DNA of 32,000 nt from Desulfocapsa sulfexigens DSM 10523. Lineage in GTDB: Bacteria; Desulfobacterota; Desulfobulbia; Desulfobulbales; Desulfocapsaceae. Below are positions 1 to 10,915 of the stretch, one piece after another (the stretch's first letter is position 1; each line of letters opens with the position of its first letter). A model generated the notes under the pieces. It had not been told where the DNA came from, did not search any database, and saw only the letters and a list, made by a program, of their open reading frames with translations. The position numbers and the translations under genes are program-made. The stretch is taken from NCBI RefSeq assembly GCF_000341395.1, contig NC_020304.1:1080001-1112000 (forward strand), in the 5' to 3' direction.

Positions 1-1264
1 AAAGATTGCCGTTGTTCTCCTGGCAAACCAGAAATTCGGATTACTCTTTGATGACATCAAAGAAGTACTGCGGGTTGATGATTCCCTCCTTCTCCCGATC
101 CAACCTGCCTTACAATCCGAAGACTATATCATTTCCGATCTGATCACCCTGCGCGACCAGCATCGCACGCTTGAGGTTCTTGATTTAAAACGTCTTTTCC
201 AGGACCCAACCCTCTTGACCGATGGCATCGATAGCTCGTCAGCCATACCTCAATCCACCAAAACACGAACGTATTCCAGATATGTCATATTCTCCTCAGA
301 GGGAAGAGAATATGGTGTTCCGGTGGAAAACTCACGAGAACTCACCTTTATTACTGAAATTGACGATATGTTTAAGACCGACTGCCTCGAGGGTGCCCTG
401 CAGTTACGTGGCCGAACAATACCGGTTATGAACGCCAGTGCGCTCTTAAACGGTGGAACTGCAGTAAAAGCCGGGGAATTAAGTCGTATTCTGGTAATGA
501 CAACAGATGCGCTGAATTTTGGCATGATCATAGATCAAATTGTTGAAATTCTTACTGTCTGCAATGAAGAAATTCTTCAAATGCCATCTGGAGAAAATCA
601 ATCTGTAAGCGGTATATATGAGCCAACAACCGGTCGCAATATCATTCTTCTTGATGTGGCTAATCTCGTCACCAGCCAGATGGAACTTCTTAAATCCATG
701 GCCAGAATAAAGAGCGGTGACAACGACAACGATGTCGAAACACTCACAGTCGCAGAATCAAGACACCTCATTACTGAAAACTGCTACCTGATTTTTTCCA
801 TCGAAAAACACTTTGCTATAGAGTTGAAGGATGTCCAGGAAATCATCGAGCATGACATACTGATGCCAATTCCAGGAGCACGCGGATTCGACTCCAGAGT
901 ACTCAACCTCCGGGGACAGGTAATTCCGGTGGTTGATCTACGCCACTTCTACGACTATCCCGAACAAGAGGCTGCAGAGACATCCTCAAGGCTCATTATC
1001 TGTCGAGACGGCAAGCGTCTTGTTGCCCTACAGGTAGACAGCATTGTAACCATTTACAAACAGGAAGAATTCCACCCAACACCATCCCTGAAACCACAAC
1101 TGCAGCCTAAAAAAGACACCCTGGACCGGCTCATAGAATTCATCGGGGATCTCGGGGTTACAGAACATGTTCTGGTCATTAACACCCACAATCTAATCAA
1201 TAACTATCTGCACCAAAATATTACCACAGAAAACCCAATATCTAATCACCAGGAAACCAATTAA
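1..1264 (+). CDS. Tandem CheW-domain chemotaxis coupling protein, 5'-truncated by window edge
   Basis: The frame of ORF 215..1264 is open back to base 2 ([32 protein letters not shown]...). Position 215 is only a TTG codon. Two full CheW-like modules ([22 protein letters not shown]..., [25 protein letters not shown]...[14 protein letters not shown]) follow the partial first one. Confidence 0.85.
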   Translation, partial: KIAVVLLANQKFGLLFDDIKEVLRVDDSLLLPIQPALQSEDYIISDLITLRDQHRTLEVLDLKRLFQDPTLLTDGIDSSSAIPQSTKTRTYSRYVIFSSEGREYGVPVENSRELTFITEIDDMFKTDCLEGALQLRGRTIPVMNASALLNGGTAVKAGELSRILVMTTDALNFGMIIDQIVEILTVCNEEILQMPSGENQSVSGIYEPTTGRNIILLDVANLVTSQMELLKSMARIKSGDNDNDVETLTVAESRHLITENCYLIFSIEKHFAIELKDVQEIIEHDILMPIPGARGFDSRVLNLRGQVIPVVDLRHFYDYPEQEAAETSSRLIICRDGKRLVALQVDSIVTIYKQEEFHPTPSLKPQLQPKKDTLDRLIEFIGDLGVTEHVLVINTHNLINNYLHQNITTENPISNHQETN

Positions 1265-1302
1265 ATGCTTTTTCCGTTACCAGAAACTCTACAAGGAGGA
1301 GA

Positions 1303-4300
1303 ATGATGGCCACTTCAACAGCAAATCAAACAAATACAGAAAGGGCAGGTTTTGAACTGTTAACGGATCCAAGCTATCTGGTCAATAATGACATGACCAT
1401 CACCTGGGCCAACGATGCTTTCTTAAAAGAATTTCACCTCAAGAAAACTGAAGTTATCAACAAACTGACCTGTGAAGAGGCATGCCCCTCACATCTTTGT
1501 GGGACAAAAGACTGTCCCATCGTTAAATCAAAACGCATAAAAAAAGCAGCAGAAGGAGACGTATTCTACACAAATAATGGAAGCGCTGCCAACTGGTACC
1601 ACTCCAAAGCAACCCCCATGCCAGCACAGGAGGGCACTCTGGTCTCCATGACAGATATTACCAGGGTCAAGGAGATGGAAGCAAAACTCAGGCAGATGGA
1701 AACAGACCTCAATGTCATCCCAACACCCATCATGGAGATTGATGATAAATTCACCATCACCTTTATGAATCCGGCAGGTGCGGCTGTGGCCGGAAAGATG
1801 CCGGATGAAGTGATTGGAAGCAAATGCTACGATCTCTTCAAGACACCGCATTGTAAAACTGAAAAATGCGCCTGTGCCCGCGCTATGAAAACGGACTCGG
1901 TGGTCACCGACACAACCATCGCCCGCCCCGCTGACGGAATTATTGTGCCTATAAAATACACCGGAGCACCGATAAAAGACGCCAAGGGCAATATCAAAGG
2001 GGCCCTGGAATATATTTTAGATATTACTGAAGAAGCACAGCAAAAACAGGCAGCTGATGAAAAAATAAACAATCTCAATACCATCCCAACCCCCATAATG
2101 TCTATTGATACAGACTTCAATATCACCTTTATGAACCCGGCTGGTGCTGCCGTTGCAGGGATGACACCCGATGAAGTGGTTGGGAAAAAATGTTTCGATC
2201 TTTTCAAAACACCCCATTGTAAAACTAAAAAATGTGCCTGTGCCCGCGCCATGCAAACGGATTCTGTGGTTACTGATGTCACAATTGCACGGCCGGCTGA
2301 AGGGGTGATCGTTCCGATCAAATACACCGGGTCTCCCATTAAAGACGCCAAGGGCAATATCAAAGGGGCCCTGGAATATATTTTAGATATTACTGAAGAA
2401 GCACAGCAAAAACAGGCGGCTGATGAGAAAATAAACAATCTCAACACCATTCCTACACCCATCATGTCCATTGATACAGATTTCAATATCACTTTTATGA
2501 ACCCGGCTGGTGCTGCGGTGGCCGGTTTAACTCCAGACGAGGTGGTGGGCAAAAAATGTTTTGACCTCCTCAAAACACCCCATTGTAAAACTGAAAAATG
2601 TGCCTGCGCCCGCGCCATGAAAACCGATTCGGTTATCACAGAGCACACCATTGCACGGCCTGCTGAGGGTGTGATTGTTCCCATTAAATACACCGGGTCT
2701 CCTATTAAGGATGCTAAAGGCAACATTAAGGGCGCTCTGGAATATATCCTTGATGTCACAGAAGAAGCGGCCCAAAAACAGGCGGCGGAGGAAAAAATAA
2801 ACAATCTCAACACCATTCCTACGCCCATCATGTCCATTGATACAGATTTCAATATCACTTTTATGAACCCGGCTGGAGCAGCTGTTGTTGGCTTGACTCC
2901 AGATGAAGTGGTGGGCAAAAAATGTTTTGACCTTTTCAAAACACCTCACTGTCAAACTGAAAAATGTGCCTGCGCAAACGCCATGAAAACCGATTCAGTT
3001 ATTACAGAGCACACCATCGCACGACCGTCTGAAGGTGTTATTATTCCAATCAAATATACCGGTTCCCCTATTAAAGACGCTAAGGGCAATATCAAGGGAG
3101 CCCTGGAATACATTCTTGATGTTACCGAAGAGGCCAAGCAAAAGCAGGATGCCGATGAAAAAATTGAAAACCTCAATGCCATTCCCACTCCTATAATGTC
3201 CGTTGACACGGATTTCAACATCACCTTTATGAACCCCGCTGGTGCCGGAGTCGTCGGGTCAACCCCTGATCAGGTTATCGGTAAAAAATGCTACGACCTC
3301 TTCAAAACATCCCACTGCCAGACAGAAAAATGTGCGGTTGGCCGTTCCATGCGTGAAGACAGAATTATCCACGAAGAGACCATCGCCCGTCCTCAGGATG
3401 GTATTATAATTCCAATCAAGTATACCGGCGCACCTATTAAAGACGCCAAGGGAAACATTAAGGGAGCCCTTGAATTTGTCCTCGACATTACCGATGAGGC
3501 CAAACAACGCCAGGATGCCAATGAAAAAATAGAAAATCTCAACGTGATCCCCAATCCTATTTATGCCATGGATCTCGACTTCAACATCACCTATATCAAC
3601 CCTGCCGGAGCTGCAATGGCAGGATTAAGTGTGGAAGATGCCCTTGGCAAGAAGTGTCATGAACTCTTCTGCTCAGAAGGTTGTAACACGGAACAGTGTG
3701 GAGTCAGACAGGCTATCAGCGGGAATAAAACAATCTCAAATCAATATATTTCCCGAATCAACGGTATAGACGTTCCTGTCAAAGTAACCAGTGTATCCAT
3801 CAAAGATGCCAAAGGAAACGTCAAAGGCGGACTTGAGTATATGGTCGATGTGACCGCAGAGGCAAAGGTGGAACAGTTGATTAACAGCGCCTCCTCGGAA
3901 GTGGAAACACTGGTTTCCGACTCTCTTTCCAAAATGGCTGAAGCAACCGCAAATATGGCAGCCATGAATGAACTCATTGACAAGGAAGTTGCTTTACTGG
4001 ATGAATCCTCCACAACAATAGATGACATGCTTGAATCCGCTAAAGAGATGGTGGAACTGACAACTCAATCCAGTGAACTCGCACACGGAGTTTCCTTGGA
4101 TGCCGAACAGGGGAAAAAGGCCGGAGCAGATGCAGAAAAGAAAATGCTGGCCATCAACGCATCCATGGAAAGTTCCAACGACATGGTAGGTAACCTTGTC
4201 AATCAACTGGAAAAAATTGGTGGATTCGTAGATATCATCAAGGATATTGCTTCCCAGACAAACCTTCTCGCCTTTAATGCTGCAATTGAAGCAGCTCGTG

Positions 4301-4746
4301 CCGGAGATGCGGGACGAGGCTTTGCTGTGGTTGCAGATGAAATCCGAAAACTTGCAGAAAACTCTTCGAAATCAGCGGTGGATATTGCCAATATCGTGAA
4401 AAAGGTGGAACACGAATCCAAAGACACCATCGTTGCCATGAAAGACGGCATGAAAATGCTTGGAGATGGCAGTGAAGTTATTCAGACAGCTCTTGAAGCC
4501 ATGGACAAAATTTCCACCGGTATTGTTACCATATCTACTGCTGTTGAAGAACTGGACAAGAAGGCCGATATCCTCAGTGACAACGGCCAGGATGTTAAAG
4601 TTCAGATCACCAGTGTGACCAGATCCTCACAGGAAAACAAAGAATCCACGGAGGCTGTGAACTTCTCCATTGACGGTACCATTGAAGCACTGAACAAACT
4701 GGCAACGTCCAGCAAAGAGCTCAGCATCGCTGTAAGTGAAATGTAA
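1303..4746 (+). CDS. Large cytoplasmic methyl-accepting chemotaxis protein with seven PAS modules
   Basis: C-terminal MCP signalling hairpin ([44 protein letters not shown]). N-terminal 870 aa are PAS modules ([15 protein letters not shown]...[19 protein letters not shown]). No obvious transmembrane helix. Confidence 0.93.
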   Translation: MMATSTANQTNTERAGFELLTDPSYLVNNDMTITWANDAFLKEFHLKKTEVINKLTCEEACPSHLCGTKDCPIVKSKRIKKAAEGDVFYTNNGSAANWYHSKATPMPAQEGTLVSMTDITRVKEMEAKLRQMETDLNVIPTPIMEIDDKFTITFMNPAGAAVAGKMPDEVIGSKCYDLFKTPHCKTEKCACARAMKTDSVVTDTTIARPADGIIVPIKYTGAPIKDAKGNIKGALEYILDITEEAQQKQAADEKINNLNTIPTPIMSIDTDFNITFMNPAGAAVAGMTPDEVVGKKCFDLFKTPHCKTKKCACARAMQTDSVVTDVTIARPAEGVIVPIKYTGSPIKDAKGNIKGALEYILDITEEAQQKQAADEKINNLNTIPTPIMSIDTDFNITFMNPAGAAVAGLTPDEVVGKKCFDLLKTPHCKTEKCACARAMKTDSVITEHTIARPAEGVIVPIKYTGSPIKDAKGNIKGALEYILDVTEEAAQKQAAEEKINNLNTIPTPIMSIDTDFNITFMNPAGAAVVGLTPDEVVGKKCFDLFKTPHCQTEKCACANAMKTDSVITEHTIARPSEGVIIPIKYTGSPIKDAKGNIKGALEYILDVTEEAKQKQDADEKIENLNAIPTPIMSVDTDFNITFMNPAGAGVVGSTPDQVIGKKCYDLFKTSHCQTEKCAVGRSMREDRIIHEETIARPQDGIIIPIKYTGAPIKDAKGNIKGALEFVLDITDEAKQRQDANEKIENLNVIPNPIYAMDLDFNITYINPAGAAMAGLSVEDALGKKCHELFCSEGCNTEQCGVRQAISGNKTISNQYISRINGIDVPVKVTSVSIKDAKGNVKGGLEYMVDVTAEAKVEQLINSASSEVETLVSDSLSKMAEATANMAAMNELIDKEVALLDESSTTIDDMLESAKEMVELTTQSSELAHGVSLDAEQGKKAGADAEKKMLAINASMESSNDMVGNLVNQLEKIGGFVDIIKDIASQTNLLAFNAAIEAARAGDAGRGFAVVADEIRKLAENSSKSAVDIANIVKKVEHESKDTIVAMKDGMKMLGDGSEVIQTALEAMDKISTGIVTISTAVEELDKKADILSDNGQDVKVQITSVTRSSQENKESTEAVNFSIDGTIEALNKLATSSKELSIAVSEM
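1708..3903 (+). repeat. Six tandem in-frame 366-bp (122-aa) PAS-encoding units
   Basis: Units start at the Leu codon of LN(V/T/A)IP(T/N)PI: 1708, 2074, 2440, 2806, 3172, 3538, each exactly 366 bp apart. Internal units are highly similar at DNA level. Confidence 0.93.
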
Positions 4747-4795
4747 AGGCAATGAACGAACGATACTATTTTCTTTACCTACGGTAAGACTGAGT

Positions 4796-5365
4796 ATGAA
4801 TTTATACGGTGATAAATTATTTACCAGAAGACTCTCTCTTGCAAAAATTCAGGAAGAAAACCTTCCTATTGTTGTAGAGTGGAGTCTTTCTGCAACAGCA
4901 TGCGGTCCCTATCTGACACCGGAAAAGTTCAATCTTGAATGGATGCAGGCCCAGATCCAATCCGGTGTCCTCTGGAGCGACAGGGAGAAAATGTTCTTTG
5001 TGGAGACAAAAGAAACTGGCCGTCCAATCGGGACAGCTCACTACTGGAAGCCCCATGGTGGTGGAAACACCATCACCATGGCTGTGAAGGTTGCCCTGCC
5101 GGAGGAGCGGGGAAAGGGTTATGGTACGGAAATTCAGAAATTTCTCATCATGCACATCTTTGACCGGATGAATACTATCAAAGCCGTCGAAATGTATACC
5201 GATATCAACAATACTGCCCAGCAGCGTTGTCTCAGCAAACTGGGTTTTGAACTCATGGAATCACTTCTATATGACGACCAGCAGGAAAAAAGGACAGGGC
5301 ACCTTTACCGACTGACGGCAGATAAGTATCACAGCCATCCCATCTATCAATTCCATTATGAATAA
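4796..5365 (+). CDS. GNAT-family N-acetyltransferase
   Basis: VALPEERGKGYGTEIQKFLIMHIFDRMNTIKAVEMYTDINNTAQQRCLSKLGFE is typical of GNAT acetyl-CoA binding. ATG at 4796 is a more likely start than the upstream GTG at 4736. Confidence 0.8.
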   Translation: MNLYGDKLFTRRLSLAKIQEENLPIVVEWSLSATACGPYLTPEKFNLEWMQAQIQSGVLWSDREKMFFVETKETGRPIGTAHYWKPHGGGNTITMAVKVALPEERGKGYGTEIQKFLIMHIFDRMNTIKAVEMYTDINNTAQQRCLSKLGFELMESLLYDDQQEKRTGHLYRLTADKYHSHPIYQFHYE

Positions 5366-6386
5366 GCTCGGACTCGTTTTTGATAACAGATACCTGCATC
5401 ATTCAATCTCAAATCCGACTCCGGAAAATCCTGATCGGCTGCGCAGTCTCTACCTAAAGCTGCAACAGAAGCTTACAGATGACTGTTTCAGCCATATTCG
5501 GCCGAGGGAGGCAACGGATGCTGAAATCACCGTTGCTCATTCACCCTTTTATATGGAACAGTTGCGTGAACATGCCATAAAAGCCGACCCCTATTCATAC
5601 GACAAAGACACCTACCTCATGGAAGAATCTCTTCCCACCGCCCGCCTGGCAGCAGGTGGTTGTTTTGCGCTCGCTAATCGCATTATGGAAGGTGACATTG
5701 ACTACGGCTTTGGTCTTATTCGCCCTCCAGGGCATCATGCAACTCCTGGCAGAGGTATGGGCTTCTGCATTTTCAACAACGTGGCTCTTACCGCAGAATA
5801 TCTTCGCAATACCTATGGTCTGCGCCGTATCCTGATCCTCGATTTTGACGTTCACCATGCCAACGGTACCCAGGAAATCTTCTACGAAACAGACGAGGTT
5901 ATGGTGTGTTCTATTCACCAAAAGGGCATTTTCCCCTTCACCGGAGAACGGGAAGAAGTGGGAAGCAGACTGGGCGAAGGCTTTACCATTAACATGCCGG
6001 TACACGCTCAGTTTGGTGACAGTGAGTACACCTATATCCTGGGACGAACCCTTCAGGGCCTGGTGGAACAGTACCTGCCACAATTTATTCTCGTTTCAGC
6101 AGGATTTGATAGCCACAAAGATGACAACATCAGCGGTACAAACCTGAGCACTCAGTGGTTTGCCACAATCACTCATATTTTACGGCGGCATGCAGCAGAC
6201 AGCTGTGACAATCGCCTCCTCTTTATTCTGGAAGGAGGATACAATCCGGTAAGTCTTGAAGAGTCAATTTTTGCTACAATCGATGCCCTGCTGCAGAACA
6301 ATTTTGACAGACCTGGTTTTTTACCCGTACCACGAGCCGATAAACTCCTCGACGGCCACCCCATGCGGCAATTCTGGACAATCTGA
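5358..6386 (+). CDS. Histone deacetylase family protein (acetoin utilization/HDAC-like deacetylase)
   Basis: Motifs RPPGHHA, FCIFNNVALTAEY, ILDFDVHHANGTQEIFY, VSAGFDSHKDD, ILEGGYN. Confidence 0.93.
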   Translation: MNKLGLVFDNRYLHHSISNPTPENPDRLRSLYLKLQQKLTDDCFSHIRPREATDAEITVAHSPFYMEQLREHAIKADPYSYDKDTYLMEESLPTARLAAGGCFALANRIMEGDIDYGFGLIRPPGHHATPGRGMGFCIFNNVALTAEYLRNTYGLRRILILDFDVHHANGTQEIFYETDEVMVCSIHQKGIFPFTGEREEVGSRLGEGFTINMPVHAQFGDSEYTYILGRTLQGLVEQYLPQFILVSAGFDSHKDDNISGTNLSTQWFATITHILRRHAADSCDNRLLFILEGGYNPVSLEESIFATIDALLQNNFDRPGFLPVPRADKLLDGHPMRQFWTI

Positions 6387-6399
6387 CAGGAGACATATC

Positions 6400-6843
6400 A
6401 TGACACTCAATCCCCCCGACCACGACCACCTGAAGACCCTTCTCCAGGAATGTCGACAATGCGGCACCTGTTGCAGAAAGTACAAAAAAGTACTTCTTCA
6501 GGGTGATGAACCAGAGTTTATCAAAAAGATGGGCGGTCATGTTGGTGTTGATGCCACCCTGCGTGAACTTCGGGAAAAACCTCTTGAACAGCTTATTGAA
6601 GAAAACAAACAGAAGGGAAAGGTCTACATGATCCACCCGGATGACAAGGGCTGTATCTTCCTTGAACGTCGCAATGGTCTTTACCGCTGTAAAATTTATA
6701 ATTACCGGCCTTTATCCTGCAAAGGATTTCGCTGCAATCTGGCCGATAACAGTTTTCTCTCACTCTTTGCAACTGATAGCATCCATCTACTCGGTCAGGA
6801 CCGTTTTGGCTTACCGCTGGACAAAAAAAATTCCCCCATCTAA
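6400..6843 (+). CDS. YkgJ family cysteine cluster protein
   Basis: CRQCGTCCRKY...CIFLERRNGLYRCKIYNYRPLSCKGFRC. ATG at 6400. Confidence 0.82.
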   Translation: MTLNPPDHDHLKTLLQECRQCGTCCRKYKKVLLQGDEPEFIKKMGGHVGVDATLRELREKPLEQLIEENKQKGKVYMIHPDDKGCIFLERRNGLYRCKIYNYRPLSCKGFRCNLADNSFLSLFATDSIHLLGQDRFGLPLDKKNSPI

Positions 6844-7013
6844 GAAAGCACGAGAGACCCGCAGACTTCGAAAGAAGTTCTAATTTACAGGCGATCCGAT
6901 AAACTTTTGTTGATTTCTAGAGTACAAAAAAATCTATCCTTCCAGGCCATTCCTTTACAGTTAACTCTCCACCTCTAAACAGTAGTATTCAGTCATGGAA
7001 AGAGAGAGCAAGA

Positions 7014-7035
7014 CGTGACAGTTCAATCCGTCACG
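7014..7035 (-). terminator. Weak hairpin downstream of the isomerase gene
   Basis: CGTGAC (7014-7019) / GTCACG (7030-7035) 6-bp stem in the convergent intergenic region. No good U-tract. Confidence 0.2.
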
Positions 7036-7045
7036 CCCTTCACTC

Positions 7046-9430
7046 CTAGAAATCGACTGGTAGGGATGCCGCGGAGGCCTCATAGAAATAACGATTCAAA
7101 TCAAAGAGACCCGACTGTACCGGTTGCTCCCTGTTAAAACGCTCCTGGAACCAGTCATAATGCTCCCAGAAATTCGTATTGGCCCGGTTAATCCCGTATT
7201 TCCGAAAGCGCATGGACGCTTCCTCCTCACTCAGTTTACTGAGGTTCGCCAACAGATCAAAAAAGTCCGGTAAATCATCCTGTTGAATATCTATAAAATA
7301 ATTGGGGTAGGAACCGTAAAATCCCACAAGAAAATCCGCATTATCCTTTGTGGGATCCAGGGCTTTTTTTTCATTAAACATAAAGGTAACGTTATCATGC
7401 CAGCGATTAATGACTAGAGAAACCACAGCATCGGTGCCATCATTTTTGCGAATACGGACATAAACCACATTGGCATTAAAATCATCGACCAGTGAAAAAA
7501 ATTCGGTCCCGGGTTGAGAAACGGATCGAAAGGCCTGAAGATAATCGGCCATGGTTTCATATTGATCTGGCAGAGGAGGAAACTCCTTCCCTTTAGGGAG
7601 ATAGTTGACCCTGTCAAATTTGATACCGGTTTCCGGGAGGATATAATTATTGACAATCTCTTCTATAAATTCCCGTTTTGGATCATCGGTCTTGAATTGT
7701 ATTTTTGATGGTATACCTGCATCATAGTAGGTAACATTTTTGGGATCAACTCCCTTGTACCAGGATTCCATCATGGATCTACGCTGTTCCTCCGGCATGA
7801 ATCCGAGGAAATAACTCTCCCCTTCTTCCCGCAGGCCATCCATATATAAGCGAACAGCCAATTGGTGGCCCAACGTTCCATAGACATCAAACCCTGCAAC
7901 CAGGGCATAGTAGATCCGCTCTAACTGTGGATAATCCATAACCCACATTGTTCGAGGCAGATCACCAAGAACGCCTTTATGCACCGAGGCACTATCAAAG
8001 TGACGATACACCGTCAGGATGGGACTATCACTGGCCTTATTACCTTTCCAGATTGCATCATAGCCCTGTCCGTCATAATTATGGGTCATATAATAGTTCT
8101 GGCGCGCTTCGTAATATGCCGAAAGGGCCTTATCATACTTATTTCCAACCAAGTCTATTACCGGAAAACGGCTTCCCTTCTCAATGGGCATGATCAGGTT
8201 ATTTTTCTGCAATTTCAGGAAGCCCGGATACTGAACGCTCAAATCATGATCCGGGTCTTGAAACATGACCCAGAAGTGGTCATGGATAACATTTAAAGCA
8301 ATCTGACCACGACAAACCGGGCCACGAATAAACGTCATAATGATGTAATGAGAATTATCGAGAAGAAACTGGTAACGGGAACGAGGTGGAATCTGTCCAA
8401 AACTGTCAAATGGATTAGCGCTGCCAGATTCACTATAGCCTACGAGATGTGGCTCCTCCAGCCAGTCCGGATCGATAAATAAATCTGTATAACGGGCAAG
8501 TGCGGCATCATCAAAATCAAAGACCATATGTGTTTTATGGACAATGGTCGAATGTATTTTTCGAAAACGATAATAGAAGGTTTCTGTTCCAGGATCATCA
8601 TAAGGACGAACCGTATCAATAAGCTCGACTGGACTGCCTGGAGGAGTCGTGGAGCGAAGCAGTTCGTAATACTCATTGGTATCGGAATCAAATTTTATGT
8701 GAGCAAGAAAGAGATGCTCATAGAGATAACGGGCTGTCATTGCATACTTGGGATCCGGATTATTAAAAAATGTTTCCCATTTTACAATTTCAGCAGCATC
8801 CACCACCTTCGGCGAAGTCAACTCCTGCTGTTCAGCATCCGTTGGCCCCCTGGCACCCTGAGCCAGCCACCCCGCAATCAGCTCAAACTCCTGCTGTTTC
8901 AAGGGAGGGAAGCCGAATGGCATACCACGATTAGGATGTTTAGAGAGATAGCCATCGAGCTCTATGGAAGTCTCGGAACAGGTTAAATCTTCCGCCTCAG
9001 AACGGTATTCGCCCGTGGACTCTGGATTTTTCATCTTGTGATTTAAAATCTGGAGCATAAGCGAATTGTTCAGCCCACCTGAAACACTGCTTTCGGTCAC
9101 CGTATGAAAGTCCTTCTGCCGCCATTCCTCTGTGGTTTTAGCATCGACAAACAGCCGGGTTGGATCCATGGTGGTCAACCGGGTTGCGTTGTAGACAGAC
9201 TTCTTGCTCCCTCCTCGTTCAACCCCTTCGTAGGAGTTCAGCTTAAGCTGACAGGGAGAATTATAACAGGAGTGACATACGGCACAGCGTTTATCGAGTA
9301 TCGGCTTAATCTCATGAAGATAACTGACGGAATGGGTAGGGAGTTGCACCGCAATTGGATCTGGAGCCTTCTTAGCACAACCTGCAACAATTAAAAGAAG
9401 AAGAACAAAACTCACAGACAGGTTTTTCAT
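7046..9430 (-). CDS. cti: Fatty acid cis/trans isomerase (periplasmic lipoprotein, c-type haem)
   Basis: Lipobox-like signal (LLLLIVAGC), CAVCHSCYNSPCQLKLNSYEGVERGGSKK with CXXCH haem motif, full-length Cti-like protein of 794 aa. Confidence 0.88.
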   Translation of the reverse strand: MKNLSVSFVLLLLIVAGCAKKAPDPIAVQLPTHSVSYLHEIKPILDKRCAVCHSCYNSPCQLKLNSYEGVERGGSKKSVYNATRLTTMDPTRLFVDAKTTEEWRQKDFHTVTESSVSGGLNNSLMLQILNHKMKNPESTGEYRSEAEDLTCSETSIELDGYLSKHPNRGMPFGFPPLKQQEFELIAGWLAQGARGPTDAEQQELTSPKVVDAAEIVKWETFFNNPDPKYAMTARYLYEHLFLAHIKFDSDTNEYYELLRSTTPPGSPVELIDTVRPYDDPGTETFYYRFRKIHSTIVHKTHMVFDFDDAALARYTDLFIDPDWLEEPHLVGYSESGSANPFDSFGQIPPRSRYQFLLDNSHYIIMTFIRGPVCRGQIALNVIHDHFWVMFQDPDHDLSVQYPGFLKLQKNNLIMPIEKGSRFPVIDLVGNKYDKALSAYYEARQNYYMTHNYDGQGYDAIWKGNKASDSPILTVYRHFDSASVHKGVLGDLPRTMWVMDYPQLERIYYALVAGFDVYGTLGHQLAVRLYMDGLREEGESYFLGFMPEEQRRSMMESWYKGVDPKNVTYYDAGIPSKIQFKTDDPKREFIEEIVNNYILPETGIKFDRVNYLPKGKEFPPLPDQYETMADYLQAFRSVSQPGTEFFSLVDDFNANVVYVRIRKNDGTDAVVSLVINRWHDNVTFMFNEKKALDPTKDNADFLVGFYGSYPNYFIDIQQDDLPDFFDLLANLSKLSEEEASMRFRKYGINRANTNFWEHYDWFQERFNREQPVQSGLFDLNRYFYEASAASLPVDF

Positions 9431-9466
9431 AACAAACTCAACGGACTAAAGTGTTAAACACTGCAC

Positions 9467-10915
9467 CTATTTCTTTCGTACAATTGGTTTCAGCAGGGCT
9501 TCATTCGGTGTAATACAGGGAAGCGATTCTCCAATATACTCCTCAATATCCATAAGATAAAAGGAACTCTCCTCATCTGCAAAACTGATGGAAATTCCAT
9601 CAGCTCCGGCACGGCCGGTACGCCCGATACGATGCACATAATCTTCTGGTTCGTAAGGAAGGGTGAAATTCACAACATGACTGATGTCATCGATATGGAT
9701 ACCACGCCCGGCAACATCCGTTGCAACCATTGCCTTTATTGTCCCGTTTCGGAAACTCTCAAGACGGGCTGTTCTCTTCTGTTGCGGAACATCTCCCGTA
9801 AGCAGGGTGCAACTTATACCGTCCCGCTGAAGACGATCATGGAGTCGCTTGGCATCCCGTTTCATATTGGTAAAGATGATGACCCGATCACAGTTTTCAC
9901 TGTTGATAATATTATACAATACCAGATACTTTTCATCTCTGGTGAGTGTGTAAACAACCTGCGTTACAGTTTCCACCGCCATATTATCCGCCTCGGTTTC
10001 CACTGAAATGGGATTCACACACCACTGCGATGCCAGACGGGCAACCTCTTCGGTAATTGTTGCCGAAAACATCATGGTCTGACGTTTATCTTTGTTTGGT
10101 ATCTTATGGATAATAGAGCGAACATCGGGGATAAAGCCCATATCAAGCATCCGATCCGCCTCATCGATAACCATAATACCAGCCTGATCCAGCTGTACTA
10201 CCCGTTTACGGGAGAAATCAAGCAGTCGCCCGGGAGTGGCCACCAGAATATCCACCGGACGGTCCCTGATATTCTTCTGCTGCCGTTCATAATCGGTTCC
10301 ACCATAGGCCTCTGCCACACGCATGGGCAGATACTTGGCTATGGCTCTTGCATCCTTGGCGATCTGGATTACCAGCTCTCTGGTTGGTGCAATGATCAAT
10401 GCCCTAGGAGTTCCATTACGACGCTTTTGCTGCTGTTCCCCGAGGAGTCGAGCGAAAATTCCAATAAGGAATACTGCACTTTTTCCGGTGCCGGTGGAGG
10501 CCTTTCCGATAATATCTTTTCCAGCAATAACATCGGGCAATGATTTCTGCTGGATGGGGGTGCAGTATCTGAAGTTCAAATCCGCAATCCCGTGCATAAG
10601 CCCTGGAGAGAGACTGAAATCATGAAAACGGGTTTTTCCCTCTTCCGTTTCCACGGGAAATTGTGAAACAGTCCATTTTCTTGGCTTTCTTTTTCCCTGC
10701 TGATTTCTGTCCAGAGGCGTGGAGGCCGCAGCTTTACCTGCTGGCTGTCTCTGCGGCTTCGGTGCGGGTGCTGCCTTTGCAACAACCGGAATTTCAACTT
10801 TTTCAACCACACTAACGGGCTTTACAGAAGTCATTGTTGAAATGACTCCACATTGTCGAATCGTGCGGAGTCTTTTTCTTCTGTTCTGCCGTTGTTTAAC
10901 TTGTCTTTTATTCAT
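9467..10915 (-). CDS. DEAD-box ATP-dependent RNA helicase (RhlB/RhlE-like)
   Basis: Q motif, ASTGTGKSAVFL, PTRELVIQIA, DEADRMLDMGF, SAT, HRIGRTGRAG. Confidence 0.95.
   Translation of the reverse strand: MNKRQVKQRQNRRKRLRTIRQCGVISTMTSVKPVSVVEKVEIPVVAKAAPAPKPQRQPAGKAAASTPLDRNQQGKRKPRKWTVSQFPVETEEGKTRFHDFSLSPGLMHGIADLNFRYCTPIQQKSLPDVIAGKDIIGKASTGTGKSAVFLIGIFARLLGEQQQKRRNGTPRALIIAPTRELVIQIAKDARAIAKYLPMRVAEAYGGTDYERQQKNIRDRPVDILVATPGRLLDFSRKRVVQLDQAGIMVIDEADRMLDMGFIPDVRSIIHKIPNKDKRQTMMFSATITEEVARLASQWCVNPISVETEADNMAVETVTQVVYTLTRDEKYLVLYNIINSENCDRVIIFTNMKRDAKRLHDRLQRDGISCTLLTGDVPQQKRTARLESFRNGTIKAMVATDVAGRGIHIDDISHVVNFTLPYEPEDYVHRIGRTGRAGADGISISFADEESSFYLMDIEEYIGESLPCITPNEALLKPIVRKK

Noticed and set aside
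1708-3903. Long tandem repeats as possible CRISPR or satellite array
   Set aside because: The period is 366 bp and is entirely in-frame coding PAS sequence, with no short repeat/spacer pattern.
1528-4451. Series of minus-strand ORFs including a repetitive 370-aa ORF at 1827..2939
   Set aside because: They are the antisense of the PAS repeats. Their internal repetition mirrors the 366-bp coding repeats, and there are no family motifs.
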